The notes beneath the pieces are model-generated. The model searched no databases. It was not told the origin of the DNA and saw only the letters and a list, made by a program, of their open reading frames with translations. DNA of 64,000 nucleotides from assembly GCA_028697725.1 (NCBI GenBank), contig JAQVEG010000001.1, positions 167,516-231,515 on the forward strand, in the 5' to 3' direction. Position 1 is the stretch's first letter, and every line of letters starts with the position of its first letter. The DNA comes from Anaerostipes sp. Lineage in GTDB: Bacteria > Bacillota > Clostridia > Lachnospirales > Lachnospiraceae. The translations under genes and the position numbers were made by a program. Shown piece by piece: positions 48,354 to 59,942 of this stretch.

Positions 48354-49523
48354 ATGAAAATGTCAAAGGAAAGAACAAACCATATGGAATATATGGAAGG
48401 TATGGAGCAAATAAATCCAGAAATTAAAAATCGTGTCATAGAGGAAATGAATGAGTATGACTACAATGCTTACAAGGCACAGGATGTGAAAAGAGCATTG
48501 GGAAAAGAGACACTAAAGCCAGAAGATTTTGCTGCACTTTTATCTCCAGCCGCAGAACCATTTTTAGAGGAAATGGCACAAAGAGCAACAAAGGAGACAA
48601 GAAAGCATTTTGGAAATGCAGTAAATATGTTTACGCCCCTTTATATTGCGAATTATTGTGAGAATTATTGCATTTATTGTGGATTTAACTGTTACAACAA
48701 GATTCACAGAGCAAAGTTAAATGCTGAAGAAATTGAAAAAGAAATGGAAGCCATTGCAAAAACAGGCTTGGAAGAGATTTTGATTTTAACAGGGGAAAGT
48801 AGAAAAATGTCCGATGTAGAATATATTGGAATGTCTTGTAAGATTGCACACAAATATTTTAAGATGGTAGGACTTGAAGTGTATCCTATGAATTCAGATG
48901 AGTATAAATATCTTCATGAATGTGGTGCTGACTATGTGACTGTATTTCAGGAAACATACAATTCAGATAAATATGAAACATTACATTTAGAAGGACATAA
49001 ACGTATTTTTCCATATCGATTAGAAGCACAGGAGAGAGCCTTGATGGGTGGAATGCGTGGAGTTGGATTTGCAGCACTTTTAGGACTAGATGATTTCAGA
49101 AAAGATGCATTTGCAACTGGAATTCATGCATACTATTTGCAGAGAAAATATCCTCATGCAGAAATTGCATTTTCATGTCCAAGACTTCGTCCAATTATTA
49201 ATAATGATAAAATTAATCCAAAAGATGTCCACGAACCTCAATTGCTTCAAGTAATGTGTGCATATCGTATTTTTATGCCATTTGCAAGTATGACTATTTC
49301 CACAAGAGAAAGAGCAGAGTTTAGAAATCACGTCATTGGTCTTGCAGCCACAAAAATATCTGCTGGAGTCAGCACTGGAATTGGAAGTCATACAAAGGAA
49401 ACAGAGCATAAGGGAGACGATCAGTTTGAAATTGCTGATGAGAGAAGCTTTGATGAAGTGCATGAAGATATTAAAAAACAGGGGTTACAGCCAGTGACAA
49501 ATGATTATGTGTTTGTATCATGA
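48354..49523 (+). CDS. thiH: 2-iminoacetate synthase (radical SAM tyrosine lyase)
   Basis: PLYIANYCENYCIYCGF (CxxxCxxC), FQETY, ISAGVSTG. Confidence 0.93.
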   Translation: MKMSKERTNHMEYMEGMEQINPEIKNRVIEEMNEYDYNAYKAQDVKRALGKETLKPEDFAALLSPAAEPFLEEMAQRATKETRKHFGNAVNMFTPLYIANYCENYCIYCGFNCYNKIHRAKLNAEEIEKEMEAIAKTGLEEILILTGESRKMSDVEYIGMSCKIAHKYFKMVGLEVYPMNSDEYKYLHECGADYVTVFQETYNSDKYETLHLEGHKRIFPYRLEAQERALMGGMRGVGFAALLGLDDFRKDAFATGIHAYYLQRKYPHAEIAFSCPRLRPIINNDKINPKDVHEPQLLQVMCAYRIFMPFASMTISTRERAEFRNHVIGLAATKISAGVSTGIGSHTKETEHKGDDQFEIADERSFDEVHEDIKKQGLQPVTNDYVFVS

Positions 49524-49612
49524 TGGTTGACATAAAAATTCTAATCTCGTATGATAAGTAACAGTTCGTTTATTTTAAGAATAGATAAATGAGATCATTG
49601 GGAGGATAGAAT

Positions 49613-50953
49613 ATGAATCAGGATGTATTTGAAAAATATTCAGTACCTAAGGCAATGCTTACCCTAGCAACGCCAACAGTGCTGAGTATGTTAGTAACGA
49701 TTTTATATAATATGGCAGATACTTTTTTTGTTGGACAGACAGGAGATGCCAATCAGGTGGCGGCAGTATCTTTGACCACGCCAGTATTTCTCATGCTTAT
49801 GGCGGTGGGAAATATTTTCGGAATTGGAGGAAGTGCTTATATATCTCGTTTGCTAGGTCAGGGAGAGAAGGATAAGACCAAACATGTATCAAGTTTTTGC
49901 TGTTACGGATGTATTGTCTGTGGATTATTTATGATGGGATTGTTCCTTTTAGGAATGCCTACAATATTAAAACTCATTGGGACAAGCAGCAATACTTATG
50001 GATTTGCCAAGGATTATTTGACTTGTATTGGATATGGAGCAGTATTTGTAGTATTTGCGAATGCGTTTGGGAACGTTGTTCGTGGAGAAGGTGCGGCTAA
50101 GGTTTCCATGATAGGGATGATGATTGGAACCATTGTAAATATTGTGCTGGATCCAATTATGATTTTAAAAATGGATATGGGTGTCTTTGGTGCTGCACTT
50201 GCAACGATTATTGGGAATGCCTGTGCCATGGTATTTTACCTAATTTATTTTAAGAAGGGAAAAACAATCCTTTCTATTAAGAGAAAAGATTTTATGTTAA
50301 AAGATGGAATCTTTGCAGGCGTTGTATCGGTGGGAATTCCAGCATCAATTAACAATATTTTAATGAGTGTGTCCAATGTAGTGCTTAATATATTCCTTGT
50401 AAAATACGGAGATGCACAGGTAGCTGCTATGGGAGTGGCTCAAAAGGTAAACATTTTAACGGTGTTATTATCCATTGGAGTTGCCATGGGAGTACAACCA
50501 CTCATTGGATATTATTACGGAGCAAAGAGAGTTCAGGACCTAAAGAAAACAATGGCGTATGCCATGGGATTTAACTTTATTATGGGTTCTATTATTACCG
50601 TCTTATATGTGATGAATTCACAAGTGATTGTCAGTGCCTTCATTAAAAGTCAAGAAGTGCTTCCTTATGGAGTGCAAATGTTACGGGCATTGATGGTATC
50701 GGCACCTGTTCTTGGAATTATGTTTGTATTTAACTTTACATTCCAGGCCATGGGGAAACCAAAACAGTCTTTGATTTTATCGCTGGGACGCCAAGGATTA
50801 TTTTTCCTTCCAGTTCTTTTGATTGCAGATCGAATGATTGGATTGGATGGAGTTGTATATGCACAGCCAATTGCCGACTACGCATCCATTTTGATTTCAT
50901 GTATTATGTTTGTGCTAATAAAGCGAGAATTAGACCAATATTTAAAAGATTAA
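49613..50953 (+). CDS. MATE-family efflux transporter
   Basis: 12 TM helices; YNMADTFFVG, NIVLDP and QP..GY.YGA motifs. Confidence 0.9.
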   Translation: MNQDVFEKYSVPKAMLTLATPTVLSMLVTILYNMADTFFVGQTGDANQVAAVSLTTPVFLMLMAVGNIFGIGGSAYISRLLGQGEKDKTKHVSSFCCYGCIVCGLFMMGLFLLGMPTILKLIGTSSNTYGFAKDYLTCIGYGAVFVVFANAFGNVVRGEGAAKVSMIGMMIGTIVNIVLDPIMILKMDMGVFGAALATIIGNACAMVFYLIYFKKGKTILSIKRKDFMLKDGIFAGVVSVGIPASINNILMSVSNVVLNIFLVKYGDAQVAAMGVAQKVNILTVLLSIGVAMGVQPLIGYYYGAKRVQDLKKTMAYAMGFNFIMGSIITVLYVMNSQVIVSAFIKSQEVLPYGVQMLRALMVSAPVLGIMFVFNFTFQAMGKPKQSLILSLGRQGLFFLPVLLIADRMIGLDGVVYAQPIADYASILISCIMFVLIKRELDQYLKD

Positions 50954-50957
50954 AATA

Positions 50958-51000
50958 TAGGAGGTTGACAGATGAAAAATTCATTTGTCAACCTCCTTTT
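50958..51000 (+). terminator. Rho-independent terminator
   Basis: AGGAGGTTGACAGATG ... CATTTGTCAACCTCCT plus a T-run. Confidence 0.85.
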
Positions 51001-51080
51001 ATATTATTTCAATTTCTACAAGAAAGTGTTATAATTATAAGCAATAGAGGGAGAATTCGGTAGTCGTGGGGGGCGATAGA

Positions 51081-54000
51081 ATGAATAAATGCAGGGTTTT
51101 AAAAAAGAGATTAGGGAATCAGGGATTTACTCTTGTAGAAACCATGGTTGTACTACTAATATTAGGAATTTTGATGTCAGTGACCGCAGGGGGGTTAGTG
51201 GCTTATTTGCGTCATGCCAATTTTAAGAAGAACAATGAGTATGCACAGACCATTTATACGGCAGCTCAAAGCTCCTTTACCTATGCAAAGACCAGCGGGC
51301 AATTAGAGGAATTAGCAGATGAGCTTAATACAGATGTGGAACCCACCAGATACAATACTAAGAATAAGCTTACAAAAGATATGATTACCAATGGTGCCAA
51401 TTTAGACGATCGTGATCGTATGTATACTATGACATTTAAGAAGGGATTCAAAAGTTCTTCTGATTATTTTGGTGCCTACAAAACAGTTTACGATATGGTA
51501 GCGGTCTATGTGTATGATCAAGAGATTTTAGACAATACATTTACTGTGGAATTTGATCCAGTGGATGGAAAGATTTTAGGGGTTTGCTATGATGATAAGG
51601 CAGATGACTTTAATTACGAATCAACCAATAGTAATCGTAATTACAGTATTAAGAATCGAGACAGAAGTGCAAGATATGAATATTTAATTGGATATTATGG
51701 AATTGATACTTTGTCTGCGCGGGCACCAGAGACTGGTGGAAGACCTGTAATTAACAATCAGGCATTGGTGAATTCAGATACTCTTTATTTAAGATGGAGA
51801 TTAAGTTCTCAATATGCAAATGTAACGGAGAGTCTTACCTATCAGATTAAACTATATAAAAAGTCACCAGTAGAGGGACAAAAGGATATTTTATTTGCTT
51901 CTTTTGCAGTGAATGGAGATAACAATAAAATCAAAGCTGAGAGCAACACAGACAATCCGGATGAATTGTTTGTGAAGGCAGATGTAACTCTTTATGATGA
52001 CAATGGGAATGTAACGGATACAAAGAAGAATATGCAGTTTAAAGCATATGAGTCAAGTAATCGAATGCTTTATGTGGTGTTAGATGGAGCAGATCAGGCT
52101 TCAGACTCACAGGTTGGGCTACAGACAGGGGATTATGATAATACTTACAGTATTAAACGATTGGGAATTAAGGATGCTTCTAATATTTACGCAACCGTAC
52201 AAGGAACTGGAACATCTTTTAAGGCAACAGCAAGAAAGCAGACCAAGACCGAGAATAGTTACTTTGCAAGTGGAAGTACAGATACATCAGGGAATTTAAC
52301 ATATAAGATTGCTAATGCAAGACACTTGTTTAATATGCGGTTTTCTGAAAATGAAATTCCAGAGACAAACAATGTAAACTATGTTCAATCCAGCGATTTT
52401 GCCTGGGATGGGGAAGATAGTTTAGTTTCTAGTGGCAATTTATTTTATGGGCAAAAGACTGCAACTGATTCTGGGGAAAGTGGAAAGCAAGTTTTTCCAA
52501 TGATTCCTGAATTAAAGAAGAATCATTCTTATAAAAGTGAGACAGATAAGCAGTATAAGATATCTGGATTGAATCTTAGAAGCAAGGATAATACAGCTTT
52601 GAATGCAACTGGATTGTTTGGAAAGAACAGCGGAACCATTGCAAGTGTAACCATTGCCAGTGCAGATGTTCAAGGAACCAATTATGTTGGAGCCTTATGT
52701 GGTATTAACGGTGGAAGTTTATCTCATGTTACGGTAGATCATAATTCAACCATAGAAGGAACAGGAGAATATGTTGGAGGAATTGTTGGAAGTGATCAGT
52801 CAGGATATGTACTATCAGATGGGTCGGTTCAAGTGGGAACTTCAAGGACTTATGAATATTTGAAAAATGAAGGAGATGTAAAAGGTGGAAGTTATGTGGG
52901 CGGTATTATTGGCTACATCCATGGATACTATCAGCCAGATGAGAATACAAAAGCAGGGATAGAGATTCTATCCATTAAAAATTGTGACAATACAGGGTTC
53001 GTGCGAAGCACAAAAGAAGATGGACAGTGTATTGGAGGAATTGTTGGATATAATAAACAAACTCATATTTTAGAGTGCAGCAGTGCACCAGAACTTCCAA
53101 GTACCGTTGTGGAGCGTGAATATGCACAATACTTAAAGGGTGTCTGTAAAGGTGATTATGTTGGAGGAATCGTAGGATTCAATGAAAATGCCGACATTTC
53201 AAAATGTCATACGGAAAGTGATAATACAGATACTTATGTAGCAGGTAGAGATTTCGTTGGAGGAATTGTAGGATTTCAGACTGGTGAATTAAATGAAAAT
53301 GGAACTATGGATACAGAACTTACATTAAGTGGGGACACAGATGGATCCAATGGAGTGAATCAGGCCAATGTAGTGGGAAGAAGTTATGTTGGTGGAATTG
53401 CTGGCTTCAATGGAAAAGTTACAGGAAGTGTTACAACCAATTTAGATGGAACAAAAACAATTCAAATTCAGAAGGATACCATTGGGAAAAATAAGAATGC
53501 AAAGATTACCAACTGGAACAATCGAGGCGTGATTATGGCGACAAACCGAGGTGATGATAACGAGATTGCTGAGTATGCTGGTGGTATTACAGGATATAAC
53601 GGTGGAATTATTGAGAATTGTACAACCAATGTAGATACCAATGCAGTGTCTGGAAAAACAAGGAGAACATTTGCCAGTGAAGTTGGTGGAACAGGAAATT
53701 ATGTAGGTGGTATGGCAGGCTACAATGCTGGAAGTATTATAGCAAGTGGTAATATGAATGTAAATAGTGTAGCAGCTGGCCAGCGTTATGTAGGTGGCGT
53801 TGTAGGGTATGAAGCTGAGGGAAGTTCTATTTCAGAACATATGCAGCTAAAAGGCGGTTATGTATATGGTAAATACTTTGCAGGCGGATTGATTGGACTA
53901 AATCGAAGTCAGGAAGTTTACGATAAACAGTATGTGACAAAACCAACAGATATTCAGGGAGAATTATTTGTAGGTGGAATTTTCGGTGGGAATATTTTAT

Positions 54001-57000
54001 CAAAAGGCGGAGATTTAAAATTAGAAACAAGCAATTCTCTTGGTAAAGTCAAAGGAAGAGCTTTTGTTGGCGGATATATTGGGTATAACAAAGCGGTAGA
54101 AGCTGGGTATAAAGAGTCTGAGGATTTAAATACTTTGTGTACGGACTTGTCCAAAACAAATAAAGAAATTGAAACAGTAGTTCAAAAGGCAGATTCGTCA
54201 GATCAACAGATGAATCTTGGTTCTAAAAGCGGAGACACTCTCTCTTGTTACTTAGATAGAGTAGAAGGAGATATTTATGTTGGAGGCGTTGCAGGATATA
54301 ATGGAGAGAATACAAAGCTATATATTTACAATATAGAGAATAAAACAAAGGTAACTGCCAAAGCACATATAAGTGGAGATTATGATAAGGAGTATTCTTA
54401 TGGTGGTGGTATCATTGGTTTGGTGTCTAAGAATATGTATATTTATCACTGTAAAAATGAATCTTCTGGAAAGGTAACAACAAAAGGAACCTATCATGGA
54501 GGTCTTGCAGAAGAGAATTTAGGAATAATTTCAACTTGTGATGCAAATACCTTTGGCTCTTCAACAACAGATTATGTTGGTGGAATTGCGGGTGTCAATG
54601 CAAAGAGTGGAAGGATTCAAGAATGTAAAACCATAGGAACAATTACTGGAAACAATCGTGTTGGAGGAATTGTATCTGAAAACTATGGAAGAGTGGAAGA
54701 ATCAAAGATTGAGAACAATGTAAATGGTTCTGGAGATGGCATCGGAGGAGTTGCAGGTGCCAATGAAAAAGGCGGAATCATAGTAAATTCAAAGATTAAC
54801 AATTCTATTATTGCAAAAGGAAATAATGTTGGAGGAGTTGTAGGAATTAACGAGAAAGGAACTCTTAACAATACAAATGTTGTGAAAGAGGGAATTACAA
54901 TTCAAGGACATAATGGAGTTGGGGGTTATATTGGAGAGAATATAGAGGCCGATTTAACAGGCTTAAGAAATAATGCCACAGTAGATGCAGATGCAAATGC
55001 AGGGGGGATTGCAGGTAAGCTATCTGGAAGCTGTACAATTACAAATTGTGAAAATACATCTTCAGGGAAAGTAACAGCGAATAAAACAATTACCATGGAT
55101 GGAAAGAAAAAAGGATATGCAGGAGGTATTACATCCAGCACAGAAAAAGGAGTTGAAATTAAGAACTGTACCAACAAAGGAACTGTTTTAAGTGCTGCAG
55201 GAGAAGCAGGAGGAATGACTGGAAACAATGGTCATGGTGCAGTGATAATATCCCCAACAGTAGATGATGGCAAGATTACTGGAAAGGCAGCTGTGGGAGG
55301 AGTTGCAGCCACCAATGAAGGAAATATTACAAATGCAGTGATTAAAGAGGGGGTTACCCTTTCAAAAGTAAGTACAGCAAACGATGTTTCCATGGGAGGT
55401 GTCGTTGGAGAAAATGGGTCGTTAGGAACCATTACCAATGCATCAGTAGGAACAAGCAGCTTAGAATTTAACTTAAAAGCAACTAGTGATGGTGGAGACT
55501 ATGGAAGTGTTGCAGGAAAGAATGAGGGAATGTTATCAGGCGGAACTTCAGAAGACAATTCTAAGATTATCTACGGGGTGGTTTCTTCTGGAAGTAATGT
55601 AAATAAGACTTCTGCGAATATGGGCGGAATTGTTGGAGATAACAGTGGAACTATAAAGTATTATAAATTTAGTGGAAGTGTCATGGGAAAAGGAAACAGT
55701 AACTACGGATATGGAGGAATTGCAGGAATCAATAGAAATATCATAACCCACTGTGGGCTTGTTGGAAACACGTCTTTGGTGGAAGCTGTGGGAGATGCTA
55801 TGGATATTGCCAGTATTGGAGGTATCGCAGGCAGAAATGAAAAAGGGGCAATTTTATCCCATTCTTATGTAAATGGTGGAAATTCCTCTGGGAATGCGAT
55901 TGTGATTCAATCAACGTCTGTTGGTTATGTTGGTGGATATTGCGGATACAATCTTGGGACTGTAACAAAGAACAATACATCATCTGTAGATGGTTACGTA
56001 ACGATTCAAACATCAAAAGGTCACCTTGGAGGTATGATTGGTAACAATGATAAGACTGGGGTTGTCACGCAATCTACCACTGGAGGAGGAAGTGAAGAGA
56101 CACAAAGCAATCATCACTGGAAAGTAATTGCAAAAGCACATGCAACAGATAATGGTACGGGTGGTGCTATCGGTTATAATGCCTCTGGAAAGGACATAAA
56201 GGAACTTGTCAACTACGCAGATGTAACCAAGTCAACTGCGTCAGGAACCAATGCATGTGGTGGAATCGTTGGTCGTTTGGAGAATCAAAGCAATTCAGCA
56301 TGGAGAATGTCCAATTGTAAGAATTACGGAACAATCACTGGACGTGAAAGTACAGGAGGAATGATTGGACGTTGGAAGTACAAAGGCGGAACCATTGAAA
56401 AGTGTGAAAACTATGGAAGTGTGACTGGCTCAGGTATGGATATTGGTGGTATTATAGGAGACTTATATCAAGTGACAGATAAAGAATCATTTACTGTTAC
56501 AGGATGTAAAAACTATGCAAATCTCATAAATCCAGGAGTGAAGAATGTAGGAGGAATTATAGGAGGATCAGGCTCAGCTACGATTTCCAATGTGAATCTC
56601 AATATTTATAATTGTATTAATACTGGAAAGATTACAGGAAGTTCTTCGGTAGCAGGAATTGTGGGATACTTTAGTATATACAAGTTGAATGTAAAAATTA
56701 CAAAATGCAGAAATTATGGTTTGTATGAGGCAACGTCAAATGGTGGTGGAATCTATGGTTCTGGAAGTGGAACGACCATTGAAAATTGTTTTGGCGTATC
56801 CACAGTAGAACATCCAATTACATCGTCCAAAGTTACCATGAAGAACAGTTATTGTTTTGATCAGGCAAAGGAAGGAGAGGAAGATTCTATTTCTAATATT
56901 GCATGGCCATCTGGTTCAAACAATGGAAATGTTACTTCAGAGGGAGAGTCTATCTTAGGTTCCCTTGTGGATGATAACTGGAGTACAAGATATACAAGAT

Positions 57001-59942
57001 TAAATGTGGAAAAGGATGGCACCAAGGGAAAAGGTGATATTGTAATCACATTTAATAACAATATGAAACTAAATAGCTTTACTACATATTGGTTCTCAAA
57101 TGATGCATCAAAGAGAAGAATCTATACGTATAATATTTATTATTGGAATAATGTGACAAAGAGCTGGGTGAAAGCAAATCCAGATAGCAGTCAACCAATT
57201 ACTGCTACAGGAAGTAAGAAAACGGATACGGAAGCAACAAAGAAAAGCTATGGAAGTACTGTTGAATTTGGTGGAGTGGAAACTGGAAAGATTAAAATTG
57301 AAGTATTAGGAAATTCCACAGGGAATAATGCAATGTCATTATGGGAAATGAAAGTAAATGAAAAAAGTCCAGTTCTTGGAATAAATACCACAGCAGCTAA
57401 TACTGCAATACCTTTGCATGTTTCTAAGAATTCAGATAAAAGCACATATCGAGCGATTAATATAGCTTATGATGCGGATATAACTGATTTGCCTAAGAGT
57501 CCACTGGATATTACCGATACAATGTCAGATGATAATCGAAAGAGTTATTATGAACTTATTGATCCAAAACTAATATTGTTTTACAACAATCAATATGGAA
57601 TTGGAAAGCTAGAGACACCAACAGGCTTAGCCTTGACCAGTAAAGATGGAAATTATATTGCGTCTTGGGATTCAAATGAAAAAGTGTTCTACTATAAATT
57701 AGTTGTGGAAGTATATGAAACACAGGGAGATACAGTGCCTGTTGATTCAAAGGAAATAGATGTAACTAGTGGAAGTTCAGCCTCTATTCCAATGGAAGAT
57801 GACTGGGGTGGTAAATATATTACATTTTCTGTGCAGGCAATGAATGGAGATGACACAGATAATGGTCAGCCAGATTCCAATGACTCTGAGGTTGCAAGAT
57901 TGCTAACGGGTCAGCAGATAAAACCATTTCTTCCAACACCAGATGTACATTACGAATTATATAAAAAGGCAGATGGAAATCCAGGATATCGAATTGTACT
58001 TAAAAACAGCAGTGAGTACAGTGGTTCAAAAGAAGATGCAGTCATTCATGTTTATCAGGATGATAAGGAAGTGGCATCGTTCTCTGCCAAAGAAGGATCA
58101 ACAGATAATATTGTTTTTGAAGGAAACAATTATAATGTCCAATATACTGCATACGCAGAAGCTGGGGGAACATTGACAGATATATATAACGATTCAAGCA
58201 GATATGGACGAGAAAGCGTGGTATTAACATTTGATAAGTTTACGCAAAAGATTATAAATGCTTCTTTCAATGGATTTACTGGATTGACACCAGATACATT
58301 AAGTTATGTAGCCTTATTATCATCAGCATCCAATGAAATTTATTATCGAACGGAGTTTATGGTAACTGACGAAAAGTTAAATATTCCAGTTGTAGTATCA
58401 AGTTCAAAGGTGCGTGTATCCAAATCATCATCTACAAGTCCAGTAACTTTGGATAAGCTGCCAAAGGATATTGCAGATAAGGATTTTTCGGTTCGTAGTT
58501 ATCCAATCTCCAGCCAAAATGATGTAGCAGAGTATACATTATTAGTAAAAGAAGGGCTGGATATAGAAGATCCTAAAGATAAAGCCATATTAGAGTCCTA
58601 TATTGATGGAAGTACAGCAAAAGCAGGATATTCCATTGAAAAAGTCAATGGAAAGTACGATGTTTATTACAGCTTACTATTAGACCAATATGATACTTAT
58701 AGCGGTTGTATCTATTGGAAACAAAAGGATGAGTTGAAGGCACCAAAAAGTAGTCAAACAGCACCAGTATTGCCAGATACAATTAGTCAAAGTGAAGATT
58801 TTTATACTTTTGAGTGGGATAAGGATCAACTAGGTGGGAAATACAAAGTTGTCATTACAGGAACTACACTAAAGGGAGAAGAAGTTGAATTGTGGTCTTC
58901 TGCTGAAACATCAGAACATGAGTATCGAGTGGATGGCAGTGAATGGATGTATAAAAATATTCATTTGAAAGTCACACGCTTAGGGGAGCAGAACACATCG
59001 GGTATCCTAACAAAATATGGGACAACAACAACAAAAGATTATCCACAGAAGATTCATTTACCAAAGATGGAAAGTCCAACCATAGAGTTAGTTGATTCAA
59101 ATGAGTTAAACTATAAAGTGGGATGGAATATTATCAGCAATACATATAAGGATTATTTTGATTATTATGCAATTGTAGTTACAGATACCAATCATCCTGA
59201 AAAATCATTTACAGTAAAGGAAAATGATATTACAAAGAGTGAGAGTATGATAGATCTTGATTCTGTGGCAGGGGACAAGGTGACAATTACAGTAAGAGCA
59301 GTTGCAAAAGAAAACTCCAATGTATATCAATCAGGAAAATTATCTGATGAGCATAGCTTGCAAGTGCCATTGCGTATTGATACGCCAATCGTAGATGAAT
59401 TTTTGACATTGACACCACAGTATGATGCGATTGTGAGTCAAGACGACTTTGAAAATAAAGGAGTGAGTCTACATATGACAGCCCAGAAGGCTGGGGAAGG
59501 AGGATATGTATTAAAGGCAGGAATCTTTGAAGATGTCAATGCAGATTTGGAGAAAGATAAGCCAGATGCTCAGATTAACAAAGGAGAACAGTTGAGTATG
59601 TCTGGGAATTTGAAGGATTCTAAGACAAGTTTTAAAGATATTTCCTATGATTTTGCAGGATATTATTTGAAAGTGAAATTGCGTAGTGTAAATGAAGGAG
59701 AGATTAGTTCCCTTTGGTCAGCGGTGGAAACTTTTAGACTGCCAAAAGTAAGAATTAATACGCCGAAGATATCACAGGAAACAAAGGATATTGAAACTGA
59801 GATTACCACGACTTTTTCTGAAAGCAGTGGCTCAGAGAAGAAAACTATTTCTTTTGATTCGATTTTGTTTCAGGTACCATCAAATGATGAAGGTAAATTA
59901 AAAGATTACATCATTGAAACAAAGGCGGCACAAAAGGATTAG
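51081..59942 (+). CDS. Giant type IV pilin-like adhesin (class III signal peptide, >30 GLUG-like repeats, discoidin-like and FN3-like domains); frame continues past an amber codon to 60467
   Basis: NQG|FTLVETMVVLLILGILM; repeated (Y/N)VGG(I/V)(A/V/I)G.N.G units; ITFNNNMKLNSF...IKIEV...SLWEMKV module; KLETPTGL...ASWD FN3-like segments. Confidence 0.85.
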   Translation: MNKCRVLKKRLGNQGFTLVETMVVLLILGILMSVTAGGLVAYLRHANFKKNNEYAQTIYTAAQSSFTYAKTSGQLEELADELNTDVEPTRYNTKNKLTKDMITNGANLDDRDRMYTMTFKKGFKSSSDYFGAYKTVYDMVAVYVYDQEILDNTFTVEFDPVDGKILGVCYDDKADDFNYESTNSNRNYSIKNRDRSARYEYLIGYYGIDTLSARAPETGGRPVINNQALVNSDTLYLRWRLSSQYANVTESLTYQIKLYKKSPVEGQKDILFASFAVNGDNNKIKAESNTDNPDELFVKADVTLYDDNGNVTDTKKNMQFKAYESSNRMLYVVLDGADQASDSQVGLQTGDYDNTYSIKRLGIKDASNIYATVQGTGTSFKATARKQTKTENSYFASGSTDTSGNLTYKIANARHLFNMRFSENEIPETNNVNYVQSSDFAWDGEDSLVSSGNLFYGQKTATDSGESGKQVFPMIPELKKNHSYKSETDKQYKISGLNLRSKDNTALNATGLFGKNSGTIASVTIASADVQGTNYVGALCGINGGSLSHVTVDHNSTIEGTGEYVGGIVGSDQSGYVLSDGSVQVGTSRTYEYLKNEGDVKGGSYVGGIIGYIHGYYQPDENTKAGIEILSIKNCDNTGFVRSTKEDGQCIGGIVGYNKQTHILECSSAPELPSTVVEREYAQYLKGVCKGDYVGGIVGFNENADISKCHTESDNTDTYVAGRDFVGGIVGFQTGELNENGTMDTELTLSGDTDGSNGVNQANVVGRSYVGGIAGFNGKVTGSVTTNLDGTKTIQIQKDTIGKNKNAKITNWNNRGVIMATNRGDDNEIAEYAGGITGYNGGIIENCTTNVDTNAVSGKTRRTFASEVGGTGNYVGGMAGYNAGSIIASGNMNVNSVAAGQRYVGGVVGYEAEGSSISEHMQLKGGYVYGKYFAGGLIGLNRSQEVYDKQYVTKPTDIQGELFVGGIFGGNILSKGGDLKLETSNSLGKVKGRAFVGGYIGYNKAVEAGYKESEDLNTLCTDLSKTNKEIETVVQKADSSDQQMNLGSKSGDTLSCYLDRVEGDIYVGGVAGYNGENTKLYIYNIENKTKVTAKAHISGDYDKEYSYGGGIIGLVSKNMYIYHCKNESSGKVTTKGTYHGGLAEENLGIISTCDANTFGSSTTDYVGGIAGVNAKSGRIQECKTIGTITGNNRVGGIVSENYGRVEESKIENNVNGSGDGIGGVAGANEKGGIIVNSKINNSIIAKGNNVGGVVGINEKGTLNNTNVVKEGITIQGHNGVGGYIGENIEADLTGLRNNATVDADANAGGIAGKLSGSCTITNCENTSSGKVTANKTITMDGKKKGYAGGITSSTEKGVEIKNCTNKGTVLSAAGEAGGMTGNNGHGAVIISPTVDDGKITGKAAVGGVAATNEGNITNAVIKEGVTLSKVSTANDVSMGGVVGENGSLGTITNASVGTSSLEFNLKATSDGGDYGSVAGKNEGMLSGGTSEDNSKIIYGVVSSGSNVNKTSANMGGIVGDNSGTIKYYKFSGSVMGKGNSNYGYGGIAGINRNIITHCGLVGNTSLVEAVGDAMDIASIGGIAGRNEKGAILSHSYVNGGNSSGNAIVIQSTSVGYVGGYCGYNLGTVTKNNTSSVDGYVTIQTSKGHLGGMIGNNDKTGVVTQSTTGGGSEETQSNHHWKVIAKAHATDNGTGGAIGYNASGKDIKELVNYADVTKSTASGTNACGGIVGRLENQSNSAWRMSNCKNYGTITGRESTGGMIGRWKYKGGTIEKCENYGSVTGSGMDIGGIIGDLYQVTDKESFTVTGCKNYANLINPGVKNVGGIIGGSGSATISNVNLNIYNCINTGKITGSSSVAGIVGYFSIYKLNVKITKCRNYGLYEATSNGGGIYGSGSGTTIENCFGVSTVEHPITSSKVTMKNSYCFDQAKEGEEDSISNIAWPSGSNNGNVTSEGESILGSLVDDNWSTRYTRLNVEKDGTKGKGDIVITFNNNMKLNSFTTYWFSNDASKRRIYTYNIYYWNNVTKSWVKANPDSSQPITATGSKKTDTEATKKSYGSTVEFGGVETGKIKIEVLGNSTGNNAMSLWEMKVNEKSPVLGINTTAANTAIPLHVSKNSDKSTYRAINIAYDADITDLPKSPLDITDTMSDDNRKSYYELIDPKLILFYNNQYGIGKLETPTGLALTSKDGNYIASWDSNEKVFYYKLVVEVYETQGDTVPVDSKEIDVTSGSSASIPMEDDWGGKYITFSVQAMNGDDTDNGQPDSNDSEVARLLTGQQIKPFLPTPDVHYELYKKADGNPGYRIVLKNSSEYSGSKEDAVIHVYQDDKEVASFSAKEGSTDNIVFEGNNYNVQYTAYAEAGGTLTDIYNDSSRYGRESVVLTFDKFTQKIINASFNGFTGLTPDTLSYVALLSSASNEIYYRTEFMVTDEKLNIPVVVSSSKVRVSKSSSTSPVTLDKLPKDIADKDFSVRSYPISSQNDVAEYTLLVKEGLDIEDPKDKAILESYIDGSTAKAGYSIEKVNGKYDVYYSLLLDQYDTYSGCIYWKQKDELKAPKSSQTAPVLPDTISQSEDFYTFEWDKDQLGGKYKVVITGTTLKGEEVELWSSAETSEHEYRVDGSEWMYKNIHLKVTRLGEQNTSGILTKYGTTTTKDYPQKIHLPKMESPTIELVDSNELNYKVGWNIISNTYKDYFDYYAIVVTDTNHPEKSFTVKENDITKSESMIDLDSVAGDKVTITVRAVAKENSNVYQSGKLSDEHSLQVPLRIDTPIVDEFLTLTPQYDAIVSQDDFENKGVSLHMTAQKAGEGGYVLKAGIFEDVNADLEKDKPDAQINKGEQLSMSGNLKDSKTSFKDISYDFAGYYLKVKLRSVNEGEISSLWSAVETFRLPKVRINTPKISQETKDIETEITTTFSESSGSEKKTISFDSILFQVPSNDEGKLKDYIIETKAAQKD

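Noticed and set aside
50954-51080. c-di-GMP riboswitch controlling the pilin locus (as in C. difficile)
   Set aside because: The intergenic region holds only a terminator, an extended -10 promoter and an RBS; no aptamer is recognisable.
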